DNA of 33,948 bases, from assembly GCA_043825875.1 (NCBI GenBank), contig JBDRRF010000100.1:1-33948 (forward strand), given 5' to 3'. Below, one piece after another: positions 19,305 through 28,121 of this stretch. A program made the translations under genes and the position numbers. The notes beneath the pieces are model-generated. The model did no database searches, was not told the origin of the DNA, and saw nothing but the letters and a program-made list of their open reading frames with translations. How positions within the stretch are numbered: position 1 is the first letter of the stretch; each line of letters starts with the position of its first letter. Origin of the DNA: Pseudomonadota bacterium. Lineage in GTDB: Bacteria > Desulfobacterota > Desulfobacteria > Desulfobacterales > RPRI01.

Positions 19305-20582
19305 CTACCTCCTCACCAGGGTTTGAATAGCCTTTAGGGCCATACCGGTAGCATTCTGGTTTGATGATACCACGTCGGCAGGCTTGTTAGCACATCCTGC
19401 AGCAAACATTCCGCCTTTTTCAAAATTATTGATTATGAAACCATCAGAATTGCAATTAAGATCAGCAGGCAGTTTGCTTACTGCATTTGTCGGTTGCATA
19501 CCGGTAGCAAGAACTGCCATTTCAACAGTCTGTTTGATCTTTTCACCGGTTACAGCATTTTCAGCAACTACAGTAATATTGTTTGTAGCAGGATCTTCAC
19601 TTACTTCCGCCACTTTGCCTTTTATAAAAAACACTTTATCATCTTCTTTGATCTTATTATAAAATTTTTCATATCTTAAACCGGGCGCCCTTAAATCTAT
19701 ATAGAAAATATAAATATTGGCATCCGGATACTGCTCTCTTATATAAGTCGCATGCTTTAAAGACGCCATACAGCAAATATAAGAACAGTAAGGCAGATGA
19801 TTCTCATCTCTTGATCCGGCGCATTGAACAAAGGCGATGCTTTCAATTGCTTTGCCATCTGATGGGCGTATAATTTTCCCCTTTGTAGGACCGTTTGGAG
19901 ATGCGTATCTTTCAAGCATCATGTTTGTTATAATATTTGGATGCTTACCAAATCCCAGATTATCCATTTTAGTAGCATCATATGGAGCCCATCCGGTAGC
20001 CCACACAATTGCCCCGACTTTCAGATCAATTGTCTTTGCTTCCATGTTAAGATCAATGGCACTGTATTTACAGGCATCTACGCATTTGGCACATTCTGCA
20101 CCTTTGCATGTGGCACCATCTATCACATATTTCATTGGAAATGACATCTCAAAAGGTCTGTATATAGTCTTAGTATTGTCAAGACCGAAATTAAAATCAT
20201 TTTTCCTTTCAACAGGGCATACCTTTACACATTCATCACAAGCCACACAGTTTTCATTAACATATCTAGGGCTTATCTTAATCTGAACATTATAGTTTCC
20301 GGGTTCACCCTCAACTTTTTGAACTTCTGCCAGTGTGAAAACTTTTATTTTGGGGTTATCCTTAATCCTTCTGAAATTAATTTCAAGACCGCAGGTCGGA
20401 GGACATAGCTTAGGAAAATATTGATTTAACTGTGCTACCCTTCCGCCCAGATAAGGATTCGTTTCGACTACCAAGACCTCATACCCCACTTCTGCAGCCT
20501 CAAGGGCAGTGGTCAAACCGCTTATTCCGCCCCCGACGACTAAAATACTTCCACTAGCAGGAGCTGTATTGTCTGCTGTCAT
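19305..20582 (-). CDS. qmoA: QmoA (HdrA-like flavoprotein)
   Basis: GGGISG, YFPKLCPPTCG, QCAGSRD and YCSYICC; directly after aprA. Confidence 0.95.
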   Translation of the reverse strand: MTADNTAPASGSILVVGGGISGLTTALEAAEVGYEVLVVETNPYLGGRVAQLNQYFPKLCPPTCGLEINFRRIKDNPKIKVFTLAEVQKVEGEPGNYNVQIKISPRYVNENCVACDECVKVCPVERKNDFNFGLDNTKTIYRPFEMSFPMKYVIDGATCKGAECAKCVDACKYSAIDLNMEAKTIDLKVGAIVWATGWAPYDATKMDNLGFGKHPNIITNMMLERYASPNGPTKGKIIRPSDGKAIESIAFVQCAGSRDENHLPYCSYICCMASLKHATYIREQYPDANIYIFYIDLRAPGLRYEKFYNKIKEDDKVFFIKGKVAEVSEDPATNNITVVAENAVTGEKIKQTVEMAVLATGMQPTNAVSKLPADLNCNSDGFIINNFEKGGMFAAGCANKPADVVSSNQNATGMALKAIQTLVRR

Positions 20583-20810
20583 GCTATCCCTCCGTGCTTA
20601 ATAAAGTTAGTATAATAATAATCTAAAAAATTAGTATTATTGTTTGTAATAATTAATAGCTGATACAAATATCCGAATGCTTAAAGATTTTATTTCAATT
20701 AGTTTTGCTTTTAAAAAAAGTCAATCTTTTTTAATATAAAAACCTTAAGCTCACGGATATTTGTATTAGGATATCATCTTATTGCCTTGATTTTTGTGTT
20801 TTAACTTAAT

Positions 20811-20849
20811 AAAAACCTCCAAGCGTCTTTCGACACCTGGAGGTTTTTT
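20811..20849 (-). terminator. Intrinsic terminator after aprA
   Basis: Minus strand reads AAAAACCTCCAGGTGTC-GAAA-GACGCTTGGAGGTTTTT. Confidence 0.8.
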
Positions 20850-20876
20850 CAACTACAACATATACATATAAAAGAA

Positions 20877-22853
20877 TTAATCAGGAATGATCTTTATATA
20901 ATCTCTCTTGAATACATCCCATTCTTTCTTTGCCGGATCATACTTTGAGTTTACAAAGCAGAACCAGTTAGCGTCATCCTGTCCCGGATAATCAGCTTGA
21001 TAGTAGAATCCTGGATAACGAGTTTCCTTACGGAACTGGATATGGCGCAGATGCGCTTCAACTGTCCATATACGATGATAGATTTCCCATGCTCTCATAA
21101 GTTCATGAAGATCACCGGCACCGAGTTTTTCACAGTCTTCGCGCATTGTTGCAAGAAGTTCCATTACAATTTCAAGACTCTTGCTGCTTGTCTGATAGTA
21201 AGTGGCTGTTCCTGCACCGTATTCATGAGTGGCTTTCATAAGTCTTAAAGCCATTCCGGAAGGTTTAATGTAATTGGGGTTAATATCAACTGCAGTTGTA
21301 TAATTGCAGTTTTCAAGGTAAGTTCTTACCGGCTTGTAAACCATATCAACCAGTTCCTGAGCACTCTGTTTAATAGCTGGTTTGAAATCGGCATGATCAC
21401 GTACGAATTTTACCATTTCCTTTGCAGTAATTCTGCCTTCAGCATGTGAACCTGAAGAAAACTTGTGACCTGAACAACCTACACCGTCACCAGCTGTAAA
21501 CAGACCGACAACTGTGGTCATACGGTTATAAATTTTTCCAGCATCGCCCCATTTGTATGAATCGGGAACCCAAGCAGCATCGGGGCCGGATGCCCACAAG
21601 CCGCAGCAGCCGGAATGTGATCCAAGCAGATAAGGTTCTGTCGGCATAACTTCGGAAACTTTCTTTTCCGGCTCGCAGTCCTGAGCACACCACAGATTTG
21701 CCTGGCCACAAGTCATATCAAGGAAATCTTCCCATGCTTCAGACTCAAGATGTTTGAGTTCTTTCTTGTCCATGGTTTTACCAAGCTCACCAAGAGCTGT
21801 AACTGTATCCATTATGATCGGACCGCGTCCTGCTTTCATTTCAAACAGCATGAGGTGGTTACGCAGACAGGTCGGTGTAACAGCAGCGGTTCCATAAGGA
21901 GCATATTTTTCAAGTTCTGCTTTTGCTGCATCACTTGCTGCAAAGTTTTCACCAAGACCGTTAAGTGTTTTGGCCTTGAACAGAAGGAACCATGCACCTA
22001 CCGGGCCATAACCGTCTTTAAAACGAGCCGGGGTGAAACGGTTTTCCATCATTGAAAGTTCAGCACCAACTTTCATGCACATTGTGTATGTAGAGCCTGC
22101 ATTCCATACCGGATACCATGCGCGGCCTTTACCTTCACCAACGCTTCTTGGCATGTAAATATTAACAGCGCCACCGCATGCAACCATCATGGTTTTGCAT
22201 TTGATGATATATACTTTATTCTCACGAACTGAAAAACCAACAGCGCCTGCAATCTGATTTGGATTGTTAGCGTCAAGAAGCAGTTCAACGATGAAGCAGC
22301 GTTCAAGAATATTGTCTACGCCAAGAGCAAGTTTTGCAGCTTCTGCAACTATTCTCTTATATGATTCACCATTGATCATTATCTGCCATTTACCTGTACG
22401 GACAGGCTCTGAACCACTTTTTAATGTACCGGCAGCTTGGCCTTTTTTACCATCGAGGTTCTTGCCTTCAGCAGTTTTTTTCCATACCGGAAGTCCCCAT
22501 TCTTCAAAAAGATGAACTGAATCATCCACATGAGTACCAAGGTCAAAAATAAGGTCTTCACGTACAATACCCATAAGGTCGTTACGTACCATTCTGACGT
22601 AATCGTCTGGTGTATTTTTACCAATATATGTATTTATAGCTGAAAGGCCCTGGGCAACAGCGCCGCTTCTTTCCATGGCAGCTTTATCGCACAGTAATAT
22701 TTTCGCATCCGGAGCAGCCCATTTCTTTACTTCAAAAGCGGTTCCGCATGCAGCCATACCGCCACCTACTATAAGAATATCTACTTCAAGCTCTTCAACT
22801 GCCGGATCTTTGACGGCCTTTGTTTCACCCAAAGGTTTATTAGGTAATGCCAT
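20877..22853 (-). CDS. aprA: Adenylylsulfate reductase alpha subunit
   Basis: RSGAVAQGLSAINTY, WQIMINGESYK, RFKDGYGPVGAWFL and GHKFSSGSHAEG. Confidence 0.99.
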   Translation of the reverse strand: MALPNKPLGETKAVKDPAVEELEVDILIVGGGMAACGTAFEVKKWAAPDAKILLCDKAAMERSGAVAQGLSAINTYIGKNTPDDYVRMVRNDLMGIVREDLIFDLGTHVDDSVHLFEEWGLPVWKKTAEGKNLDGKKGQAAGTLKSGSEPVRTGKWQIMINGESYKRIVAEAAKLALGVDNILERCFIVELLLDANNPNQIAGAVGFSVRENKVYIIKCKTMMVACGGAVNIYMPRSVGEGKGRAWYPVWNAGSTYTMCMKVGAELSMMENRFTPARFKDGYGPVGAWFLLFKAKTLNGLGENFAASDAAKAELEKYAPYGTAAVTPTCLRNHLMLFEMKAGRGPIIMDTVTALGELGKTMDKKELKHLESEAWEDFLDMTCGQANLWCAQDCEPEKKVSEVMPTEPYLLGSHSGCCGLWASGPDAAWVPDSYKWGDAGKIYNRMTTVVGLFTAGDGVGCSGHKFSSGSHAEGRITAKEMVKFVRDHADFKPAIKQSAQELVDMVYKPVRTYLENCNYTTAVDINPNYIKPSGMALRLMKATHEYGAGTATYYQTSSKSLEIVMELLATMREDCEKLGAGDLHELMRAWEIYHRIWTVEAHLRHIQFRKETRYPGFYYQADYPGQDDANWFCFVNSKYDPAKKEWDVFKRDYIKIIPD

Positions 22854-22924
22854 ATTAAATCCTCCTTAAGAAATTTTATTCATCATTATTCTTTTAAATT
22901 TAAACTTAAGCTAACCAAACCTGT

Positions 22925-23356
22925 TTATTTCGCAGGTACTGGAAGTACGCGACCATCGACCTCTTCTGTTGAAAGAAGAGCACTGTCAAGATCTTTTCCT
23001 TTAAGATCTACATAGGCATTAGCCTGACCCTCGGGAGTTGTCCTGATGGGGAACTTAAAGCGTTTAATAAGGCCGTTTCTGAACTTACATGTCCACATAA
23101 CATCCTCTGTACCCATCATAGGCATAATGCTGCTTCCTAGAGGTACGAAATCGGAATAGCCACGAACTTCAATAGCCTGGGTAGGACATATTTTCACGCA
23201 TGAAAAGCATTCCCAGCACTGATCCGGCTCCTGATTGTAAGCCTTCATTGCAGTTGGGTCAAGAACCATAAGGTCGTTAGGGCAAATATACATACATGCT
23301 GTTTTGTCCCCGCCTTTACAACCATCACATTTTTCAGCAATTACAAAAGATGGCAT
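22925..23356 (-). CDS. aprB: Adenylylsulfate reductase beta subunit
   Basis: CDGCKGGDKTACMYICP, CWECFSCVKICP and FPIRTT. Confidence 0.99.
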   Translation of the reverse strand: MPSFVIAEKCDGCKGGDKTACMYICPNDLMVLDPTAMKAYNQEPDQCWECFSCVKICPTQAIEVRGYSDFVPLGSSIMPMMGTEDVMWTCKFRNGLIKRFKFPIRTTPEGQANAYVDLKGKDLDSALLSTEEVDGRVLPVPAK

Positions 23357-23602
23357 TTATTATCCCTCCTATTGTTGTGTAATTTATTTTTTCTATTGTC
23401 TAACGGTTTTTATTATAATACCAATGGGTTTAATGTAATTCTAAGTTGCAAGCACCTCCCTTCATAACACGGACTATCAAAAAAGCCCTTTCTTGTTACT
23501 TTTTAATATATCTTCTTTGTCTTTCTATAGCCTTATATATCAAGGCTTTGGATTTTTGTCTTTAAAATCAAGATGTTGATTTTGCTGGTCAATCAAAGAA
23601 TT

Positions 23603-23631
23603 TTAATATCACTCTGTATTTTTATTGTCAA
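23603..23631 (-). promoter_or_regulatory. Putative sigma70 promoter of aprBA
   Basis: Minus strand TTGACA-N17-TATTAA with a TG extension, about 245 nt upstream of aprB. Confidence 0.55.
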
Positions 23632-23717
23632 GGACTTTTGCCAACCAAAAAATCAAAAGATATGAATATTTACAATATGCTATATTTAGAAAATTATTGA
23701 TTACTTCGTTACATTGG

Positions 23718-23733
23718 CCACTATATATTGTGG
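23718..23733. promoter_or_regulatory. NrdR-box-like palindrome
   Basis: CCACTATATATTGTGG fits acaCwAtATaTwGtg; a weaker second copy lies at ~23748. Confidence 0.45.
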
Positions 23734-23839
23734 TGGATTAAAATACACACCAATATTTATTTAAATATTTTTTTGTTTATCCCTTTACCAAATTATCAAA
23801 GAAGTATAAAAGATTCATATGTTAGAAACAGTTTATAGC

Positions 23840-23977
23840 AAACCATCTCAAAATAAATCTAACATACCCTGACGGTGTTGCGAGGCTCTTCAAAATGCTC
23901 ATATATTAGATATGTGCTGCACTTTTTCATTGCCTCGCGCCTTGTCAGTGAACGCGCTCTTTTTTTTGAGATAGCTT
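23840..23977 (+). mobile_element. MITE family B, full-length-like copy (~138 bp)
   Basis: Imperfect TIRs AAACCATCTCAAAA / TTTTGAGATAGCTT, internal inverted segments, partial second copy at 9143. Confidence 0.7.
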
Positions 23978-23980
23978 GGA

Positions 23981-24123
23981 GAGCCAGTTTCAAAACGCCA
24001 CATTTTGGCCGATCTTAAGCGTTGGACTCAAATTTCAATCCTCGAAATACTAAATGTATTCCTGTGGTTGATATTTTCTCCCGCCTTGACCTTGACCAAA
24101 CTAAAACGTTTTGAAAGTAGCTC
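23981..24123 (+). mobile_element. MITE family A, full copy (143 bp)
   Basis: Homologous to 2633-2774; flanked by a TGGA/TGGA duplication. Confidence 0.92.
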
Positions 24124-24312
24124 TGGAGTTTAGAATATCGGAACAAAAAGCTGCAAGGCATATGCCATTAATGTTTTCGGATATGATACTTTGCAACAGG
24201 CTTAAATAACAGATAATTCGGTGTAAATTTAATATGGCTATTGTTTGAATGAATGTCTGTTTTTTTTACAACATGTAAAGGTTAGAGAACCCGTAAGGTG
24301 TAAGGATAAACT

Positions 24313-25038
24313 ATGGAAGAAAATTTAATTCAACTATTTAAGGATGATAAATTTCGATTTGCATGTAAAAGTTCTTTATCATGCTTTAATGAATGCTGTC
24401 GTGATTTAAACCAGTTTTTATTCCCGTATGATATTTTACGACTTAAGAATAATCTTGGAATATCTTCAACTATATTTTTAGAACAATATACTACCCTTCA
24501 TACCGGACCTGAAACCGGCCTTCCTGTTATATCTCTTAAGACGAACAAAGCACCGGAATTGAAATGTCCTTTTGTAACACTTTCCGGATGTAAGGTATAT
24601 GAAGACCGGCCATCTTCTTGCCGGACATACCCTGTTGCAAGACTTTTGTCCCGCGACAGAGAGTCAGGCAGACTTTCCGAGTATTATGCCCTGATTCAGG
24701 AACCTCACTGTTTGGGTTTCGAAAATGGCAAAGAACAGACTGTGTCTGAGTGGATTAAAAATCAGGAGATTGAGCCTTATAACCAAATGAATGATATGAT
24801 GATGGAAATTATAAGCCTAAAAAATCAGAAAACCCCGGGTGAAATGGATATGAAATCAAGTTATATATTTCGTATGGCTTTATATGATCTTGATGCTTTC
24901 AGAAAACATCTGTTTTCAAATGGAAATACGAAAGATTATATAGATAAAAATGACATGAAAGCTTCCGAACAAAATGACACGGAACTGTTAAAAATAGCTT
25001 TTGAATGGGTTCAAAAAGAAATTTTTTCTGTGCTGTAA
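24313..25038 (+). CDS. YkgJ-family (CxxCxxCC) cysteine-cluster protein
   Basis: C...CFNECC, CPF...CKVYEDRPSSCRTYP and HCLG. Confidence 0.85.
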   Translation: MEENLIQLFKDDKFRFACKSSLSCFNECCRDLNQFLFPYDILRLKNNLGISSTIFLEQYTTLHTGPETGLPVISLKTNKAPELKCPFVTLSGCKVYEDRPSSCRTYPVARLLSRDRESGRLSEYYALIQEPHCLGFENGKEQTVSEWIKNQEIEPYNQMNDMMMEIISLKNQKTPGEMDMKSSYIFRMALYDLDAFRKHLFSNGNTKDYIDKNDMKASEQNDTELLKIAFEWVQKEIFSVL

Positions 25039-25056
25039 AAGGAGATTATTTTCTTA

Positions 25057-25869
25057 ATGAAGACAGAAAACAAGGTAGCACTTGTAATTGGATCAATAAA
25101 AGGAATCGGTAAGGGTATAGGACTATTCCTTGCCAATAAAGGTATAAAAGTTGCCTTCAATTATTTTGACTGGGAAGAATCTCTTGAAGAGCTGGAACAG
25201 GATCTTTCCGAAATTTCTACCCCGCGTTTGCTTGTTAAAACAAATCTTCTTGAAACGGATAAAATACCCGGTCTGATAAAAAAGGTTGTAGATAATTTTG
25301 GCCGTCTTGATATTCTTATAAACAATATTGAAAGAGGAGGCTGGCCTGCTGTTCACGGGCCATATACTAGTGATCAGTGGGATTTGGAGATGGCAACCAC
25401 TTTGCGGGCAAAGCAGTGGCTGTTTGAACATTCATTGCCCTATTTGAAAGAATCCGGCGGTACAGTAATTAATTTATCTTCCATAGCCGGTATAGTAGGA
25501 AGATCAGGGCCTGCAAGCTATATTTTTAATGAAGGGTATTCTGCCGCAAACCGGGGCATTTCACTTTTAACCGAAACATGGGCACGTTTGGGAGCCCCGG
25601 AAGTTCGTGTAAATGAAATCATGTTAGGAATTATTGAATCCCGTCATGGCAAAAACACAAGGGGATGGGGGCTACTAACAGATACCCAGAAGCAGGATAT
25701 ACTTGACCACACTTTAATCGAAAGAACAGGAACAATAGATGATGTCATAAAAGCGGTATGGTTTTTAATAAATGATGCGCCTTTTATGACAGGCAGCGTT
25801 ATTAGATTAGACGGTGGCTATGTTCTTGGCGGTGATAAAGTGGCTCCGATGCCTAAAGGGGTGCTATAG
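25057..25869 (+). CDS. SDR-family oxidoreductase (atypical catalytic motif)
   Basis: GSIKGIG, FGRLDILINN, VINLSS and MTGSVIRLDGG. Confidence 0.88.
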   Translation: MKTENKVALVIGSIKGIGKGIGLFLANKGIKVAFNYFDWEESLEELEQDLSEISTPRLLVKTNLLETDKIPGLIKKVVDNFGRLDILINNIERGGWPAVHGPYTSDQWDLEMATTLRAKQWLFEHSLPYLKESGGTVINLSSIAGIVGRSGPASYIFNEGYSAANRGISLLTETWARLGAPEVRVNEIMLGIIESRHGKNTRGWGLLTDTQKQDILDHTLIERTGTIDDVIKAVWFLINDAPFMTGSVIRLDGGYVLGGDKVAPMPKGVL

Positions 25870-25956
25870 AATTCCTCATTAGCATCAAATGATTTGGCCC
25901 TGATAGCATTCTATTATACTTCACTATTCAAGATATGGTACCCATTTCCCTTGATG

Positions 25957-26052
25957 GGTTATCAGCTTTTCGCATTTGCGGGTTTTCTGACTTAAGTTTA
26001 CCTATTAAAATATTGTAACACCAAATATCTTCCCGGCAAGTTTTTTAATATC
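25957..26052. repeat. ~96-bp direct repeat copy 1, containing a minus-strand promoter
   Basis: Aligns with 26621-26716; contains TTGCCG-N16-(TGn)TACAAT on the minus strand. Confidence 0.85.
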
Positions 26053-26084
26053 CACCGCTGATTTTCAAAGTTATTTATAGTACC

Positions 26085-26128
26085 AATAAAAAAGCAAGTT
26101 ATCAAAGAACTTAACTTGCTTTTTTATT
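26085..26128. terminator. Bidirectional terminator-like hairpin
   Basis: 17-bp perfect inverted repeat AATAAAAAAGCAAGTTA / TAACTTGCTTTTTTATT between convergent genes. Confidence 0.7.
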
Positions 26129-26231
26129 TTTTTGGTATTTTTAAAAAAATGTATAAATATAGATGATTTAATTTTTTTTGCAGCCCATGCTATCATGAAC
26201 TATTAGCAGCAAACTGTGATAAAATGCAGCC

Positions 26232-26597
26232 TCAAGTTTTGGAAGTTTCAACGTCATCATCATCGGGATTTATTTCTTCATTATTTTTCAGCTCATTTTT
26301 AAGGTTGCGATCAATATTAACCATGCGGGCCTCATTTTCTGCAATAGCTAATATAATATCTTTGATCTCCAGTTTTGCAGCTATATCATCTAGTCTATCC
26401 ACTGCGATTTTCTCAAAAACAGCATTCCCTAATTCTGCCAGCATTCTTGTAAGTTGAGTTTCTGTCCTCGCCTTTTCCCTTCTTAGCCGGGTGAGCTCTA
26501 TTCCTTCCCCAGCCTTTGCAGTAATAGTATGAACAGCCGTTAAGGCTGCATCAAAACCTTCTTCCATCCCTCTTTGAATTCTGTCCCATAGTTTCAT
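26232..26597 (-). CDS. Hypothetical coiled-coil protein with acidic tail
   Basis: AAGGAGG RBS; 121 aa; helical heptad character. Confidence 0.8.
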   Translation of the reverse strand: MKLWDRIQRGMEEGFDAALTAVHTITAKAGEGIELTRLRREKARTETQLTRMLAELGNAVFEKIAVDRLDDIAAKLEIKDIILAIAENEARMVNIDRNLKNELKNNEEINPDDDDVETSKT

Positions 26598-26620
26598 TTT
26601 ACCCTCCTTTTTAAATATAT

Positions 26621-26716
26621 GGTTTTGGCTTATCGAATCTGCGGGTTTCCTGACTTAAGCTTACCTTTTATAATATTGTAACACCAAATGCCTTCCCGGC
26701 AAGTTTTTTTAATATC
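26621..26716. repeat. ~96-bp direct repeat copy 2 (promoter/leader of the 121-aa gene)
   Basis: Aligns with 25957-26052; immediately upstream of the RBS. Confidence 0.85.
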
Positions 26717-26869
26717 TTTTTTTAATATCTTTTGGGCAAAAATTTGAACTATTTATTTGCGGTATATAATACTTATAGGAAGTGTAGTTTAAGCGCTCTG
26801 GTGGATTCTGTCTGTTATAGGTGCTAAGATTTGTTAGAGGGTTGAAGTATGCTCTTTAAGGGTATGTGG

Positions 26870-27510
26870 GGAAATACCGATAGGTTTGTGGATGTAGCGC
26901 AGGGCATATTCGGCCAGGATGCGATCTTTGGTTTGGCAGAGAATCAGGCCGATTGCAGGCTGATCGATTTCGTTTCTCAGCTGGTTATCCACCACCGAGC
27001 AGTAAAAATTCATCTTGCCGACATACTCCGGTTTGAAGTCACCTTTCTTCAGTTCAATAACGATGAAGCAGCGCAGTTTAAGGTAGTAGAAAAGCAGATC
27101 TATGTAAAAATCCTTATTGCTTACTTCTATATGATACTGAAGTCCGACAAAAGCAAAACCGGAGCCAAGTTCCAACAGAAATTTTTCCAGATGCCTGACC
27201 AGTCCGGTCTCCAGCCATGTTCGATGGTACGATGCATGTACCACAGGCGTATGGGCAGATCTTTGACCTTTTCCATCAGCAGGATATTGTGCCCCCAGGG
27301 AATTTTTGCAATAAACTTTTGCAAAATTTGGGGGTCATTTGTTTCAAGCATTTGTGCCACAGCCTGTGGCAAATTTGTAATAAACTGTTTTAATTCTTGA
27401 TCTAATTTTGCCACCGGCTATAGCACAATTTCATGCATACCCGGATATGCTCGAAAGAAAGCGATCATTCTGCCAATGTTTCTTTCAGAAAACCCTTTGA
27501 GCTCAGGTAA
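26870..27510 (-). pseudogene. YhcG/DUF1016 PD-(D/E)xK nuclease pseudogene
   Basis: LPELKGFSERNI, IPWGHNILL, FLLELGSGFAFVG, IDLLFY and VIELK motifs. N-terminus missing, TAG at 27418-27420, internal deletion with frameshift near 27210, truncated C-terminus. Confidence 0.9.
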
Positions 27511-27620
27511 AATTCATAGCCCATCCCCTTCAAGTTCTCGCGGATGGTCTTTTCCAATTTGCTATCTCTGGCAAATTGCTCCGATAGTTTGGCGGTAAGG
27601 GCGTTCATTTTCTTATCAAA
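27510..27620 (-). pseudogene. hsdM: C-terminal remnant of a type I R-M methyltransferase (HsdM)
   Basis: FDKKMNALTAKLSEQFARDSKLEKTIRENLKGMGYE resembles the typical HsdM C-terminal helix; it precedes yhcG, as in many type I R-M loci. Confidence 0.7.
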
Positions 27621-27636
27621 AAAATAATATTCTACT

Positions 27637-27721
27637 GAGCCACTTTCAAAACGTTTCAGCTTGGTCAAGCTCAAGGCGGGAGAAAATTCCAACCGCAGGA
27701 ATACATTTAGTATTTGAGGAT
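27637..27721 (-). mobile_element. MITE family A, truncated inverted copy
   Basis: Matches the first ~85 nt of the 6240-6381 copy. Confidence 0.85.
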
Positions 27722-27732
27722 AGCGATAAGTT

Positions 27733-28107
27733 TCAGAACTGACCTGTTCTAAGCATCACAAGAGTGCATGCTTCTTCCGTGATGATTCCTTTTTCTTTCA
27801 GACTTTCACGAAGCGATGGATTTTCCGCACCCGGGTTAAAAATCACACGTTTTGGTTTTAGCGCAAGAATATCATCTTTTTGTGAAGCGGATACTTTTTC
27901 GTTAACATATAAAGTGATAGTATCAATTTTGTCATTAATATCGGAGAGCTTGTGAGCTGTAGGAAGCCCTCCGATATTATCAAATGCGGGATTTACGGGT
28001 ATTACCTGGTGACCGTATTCAGCAAGCAGGTGAACAGCTTGATTTGAATAACGTTCCTCCTTGGGACTTGCCCCAAGAACAACAACTTTTTCTTTTTTTT
28101 CAGTCAT
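27733..28107 (-). CDS. CoA-binding protein (YccU-like)
   Basis: VLGASPKEERYS, IPVNP, IDTITLYV, FNPGAE and ACTLVML; start at MTEKK with a TAAGGT RBS. Confidence 0.9.
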   Translation of the reverse strand: MTEKKEKVVVLGASPKEERYSNQAVHLLAEYGHQVIPVNPAFDNIGGLPTAHKLSDINDKIDTITLYVNEKVSASQKDDILALKPKRVIFNPGAENPSLRESLKEKGIITEEACTLVMLRTGQF

Positions 28108-28121
28108 GGAAATTACCTTAC

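Noticed and set aside
14388..23356. sat-apr-qmo cluster as a novel system
   Set aside because: This is the well-known dissimilatory sulfate-reduction module; only its intergenic structures are flagged.
27465..27692. 75-aa ORF as a real gene
   Set aside because: It is a chimera of MITE sequence, the HsdM tail and out-of-frame yhcG.
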